Positions 62,210-64,000 of a DNA stretch of 64,000 nt are shown here, piece after piece. The notes beneath the pieces were generated by a model that saw only the letters and a program-made list of their open reading frames with translations, made no database searches and was not told where the DNA came from. Position numbers and translations under genes: made by a program. The stretch comes from Oculina patagonica (lineage: Eukaryota). Position 1 is the stretch's first letter; every line of letters starts with the position of its first letter. The stretch covers positions 32,364,001 to 32,428,000 of the forward strand of contig NC_135758.1 of NCBI RefSeq assembly GCF_052425735.1, given 5' to 3'.

Positions 62210-63262
62210 TTAAACAAATGACTGTAACTTATACCCCTTTCCACAATTAGCAGATGGAGAATTATTATTATATTTACTCCATTCATCCACCAACCATTCT
62301 TCAATTACAGTTACCACATCATCCCTTTCCATATCTTCAAGAATGGCTATAAACTTCCCAATGCAGCTATTCTTTTGAGAATCAAATTTCTCTACTATTG
62401 TTTTTGTTGGATTCCCCATCTGTTCAAGCAATGCAGTCTCATCTTTGTCTAGGCCAACCTTTTCTCCAAGCAACCGAAAATCATCCCAGAACAGCTGACG
62501 GAATTTGTCAAGCTTTATACAAATCTTACTAAAAAATTTGTATGGGATGGAAGACATTCTTTTGCTTAAAAGGCTGTTTAGGAAGTCCTGTGGAATGTCA
62601 GCTACTTGCAGGGCTGTGCCAAACATGTGAAGCCCTGTTATTGATGTGCTCTGATCTAGTGCAGATGGCTTTACCAATCCTATTACAAAGAAAAGAAAGG
62701 TCAAAACTCTCCAACAAAATGACAAACAGACAGAAACAACAGGCTTGGTTACTTTGCAAACAAATCAATGTCACCGTGATTATATGCTAAATATAAAACA
62801 AGAAGCTCACAGAGCTCAGAACTCTGCCTTGCTACTGTAAGTACTGATATAGCTGGTTTTTGCATGAAAGGCATGGTGCAGCACAGTGAGACCTTTGAAA
62901 AGGCCAGCTACAAGTCACATAAACATAAAAGTCCAGTAGTGTGCCAACTTGTAGTTTTACCGGTACTCAGACCACCTCAGCAAAAGAATCAATGGTGGCA
63001 GTCTTTGCAAAATTCCAGTGTATTGGATGTCAATAAATTTGATGCCTCACTGAATGTATTAAGTACGAAAATTTACCTTTCACAAAAACAGTTCTAACGT
63101 GGCATAAAATTTTATAAAAAAATCACATACTTTCTTTGCCAGGTACTTGAACCACCACATCAGCAGACTGCACAGCATTTTGTGAGAATTCATCACAGCC
63201 ATCCTTGCCAAGGCTATTGGAAGGCAAATAATCTATTGCAGGTATTTCAGTTGCCACAGGAG
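62210..63262 (-). CDS. Last two coding exons of a death-domain protein (TNF-receptor- or MyD88/EDAR-like death domain); 5' part lies outside the window
   Basis: Exons 63262-63131 and 62679-62210 join in phase 1. Death-domain pattern: KICIKLD..WDDFRLLGEKVGL...ALLEQMGNPTKTIVEKF...CIGKFIAILEDMERDDVVTVIEEW. Ends in QSFV. Confidence 0.8.
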
Positions 63263-63425
63263 CTATGGAAGTGAAACATGTCAATATTTTGATTTCTTGC
63301 AAAAAGAAATAGAGTCAGCTAATAATTTCTGGGCATAATCAACACAAGACTCTCAAATTCAAGTTGCTTACAAGTGCTGTTCACATGAAACAAAGAAATT
63401 ATAACAAAATTGTCAGCCAAAGCAT

Positions 63426-64000
63426 ACCGTAAAGTTCCGTGTATAAGCCGCACCCGTAGATAAGCCGCACCCTTGATTTGGAAGCTCAAATTTTGGAAAA
63501 AAATATACAGACCATAAAGTTTGAAGTTCAAGTGAAGTTCTATTGGTAAACAATCAAGGGCAAACAAGCACAGTTTCGAGACACTGACACGGTGGTTGTT
63601 GCAATGTTTAATATAAATTAAGACTTACGAAAGCTAAATTTCACTTGTCATACCTCCTTTTTAGTTTGAGTTCACAATATCTTAAACTTGGATGCTCTCT
63701 TGATATCATTTTTTCGAGATTATCACTTTTAAACACTCCTGAAACACTTGAAATTCGTTCGAATCGTTCGCGAATGATGAATGCTTAGTAGCCAAGCTCT
63801 AAATTGTATAGAGGAGTCTGGGCATTAAAAACAAACATGGCGGCATTTACTTCGGAAGAAACCACGTTTTTATTTCAAGATTCTTGGAAACTGCTACCCG
63901 CAACAGGATTAAAACTTCATGCAGAATAAGGGTTTGTTAATCCAGCAGATGTATTTGCTGTGAAGGTCAATAAAAAACCGAAGCGGTCAGCAATTTGCCT
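63426..64000. mobile_element. Left end of a Tc1/mariner-like element in an intron, running toward the window edge
   Basis: TA|CCGTAAAGTTCCGTGTATAAGCCGCACCC..ATAAGCCGCACCC; the partner TIR is not seen in the window. Confidence 0.55.

Noticed and set aside
62960-63095. Additional exon in the death-domain gene
   Set aside because: Candidate acceptors give in-frame stops, and the flanking exons join directly in phase 1.

Overview
This is AT-rich, intron-rich eukaryotic DNA. The gene content and repeat families suggest an anthozoan cnidarian, probably a stony coral (inference). Splicing by hand at GT..AG junctions with frame checks gives six genes. (1) The 5' coding end of an unidentified minus-strand gene (1-264), head-to-head with (2) mitochondrial ribosomal protein S2 (4 exons, 308 aa). 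(3) A complete 28-exon, 1132-aa Slo2/KCNT potassium channel on the minus strand (10019-30984), with a GYGE filter and Lys where mammalian Slo2 has its Na+-sensing Asp. (4, 5) A recent tandem duplication of a CALHM large-pore channel gene: one intact copy (274 aa) and one copy truncated just after TM4 (190 aa) that has a different upstream region containing a perfect double-octamer palindrome. (6) The last two coding exons of a death-domain protein. About 14 kb (31-45 kb) has no gene I can identify. Non-coding DNA is full of non-autonomous transposons (Kolobok-, Tc1/mariner-, Harbinger-, piggyBac-, Helitron- and Crypton-like, plus tRNA-derived SINEs), several of them nested. I found no CRISPR array, rRNA, functional tRNA or autonomous transposon, and no wholly new system that I can demonstrate. 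The best leads are the divergent Slo2 gating and filter residues, the intact/truncated CALHM pair, and the MRPS2-KCNT linkage that also exists in human.
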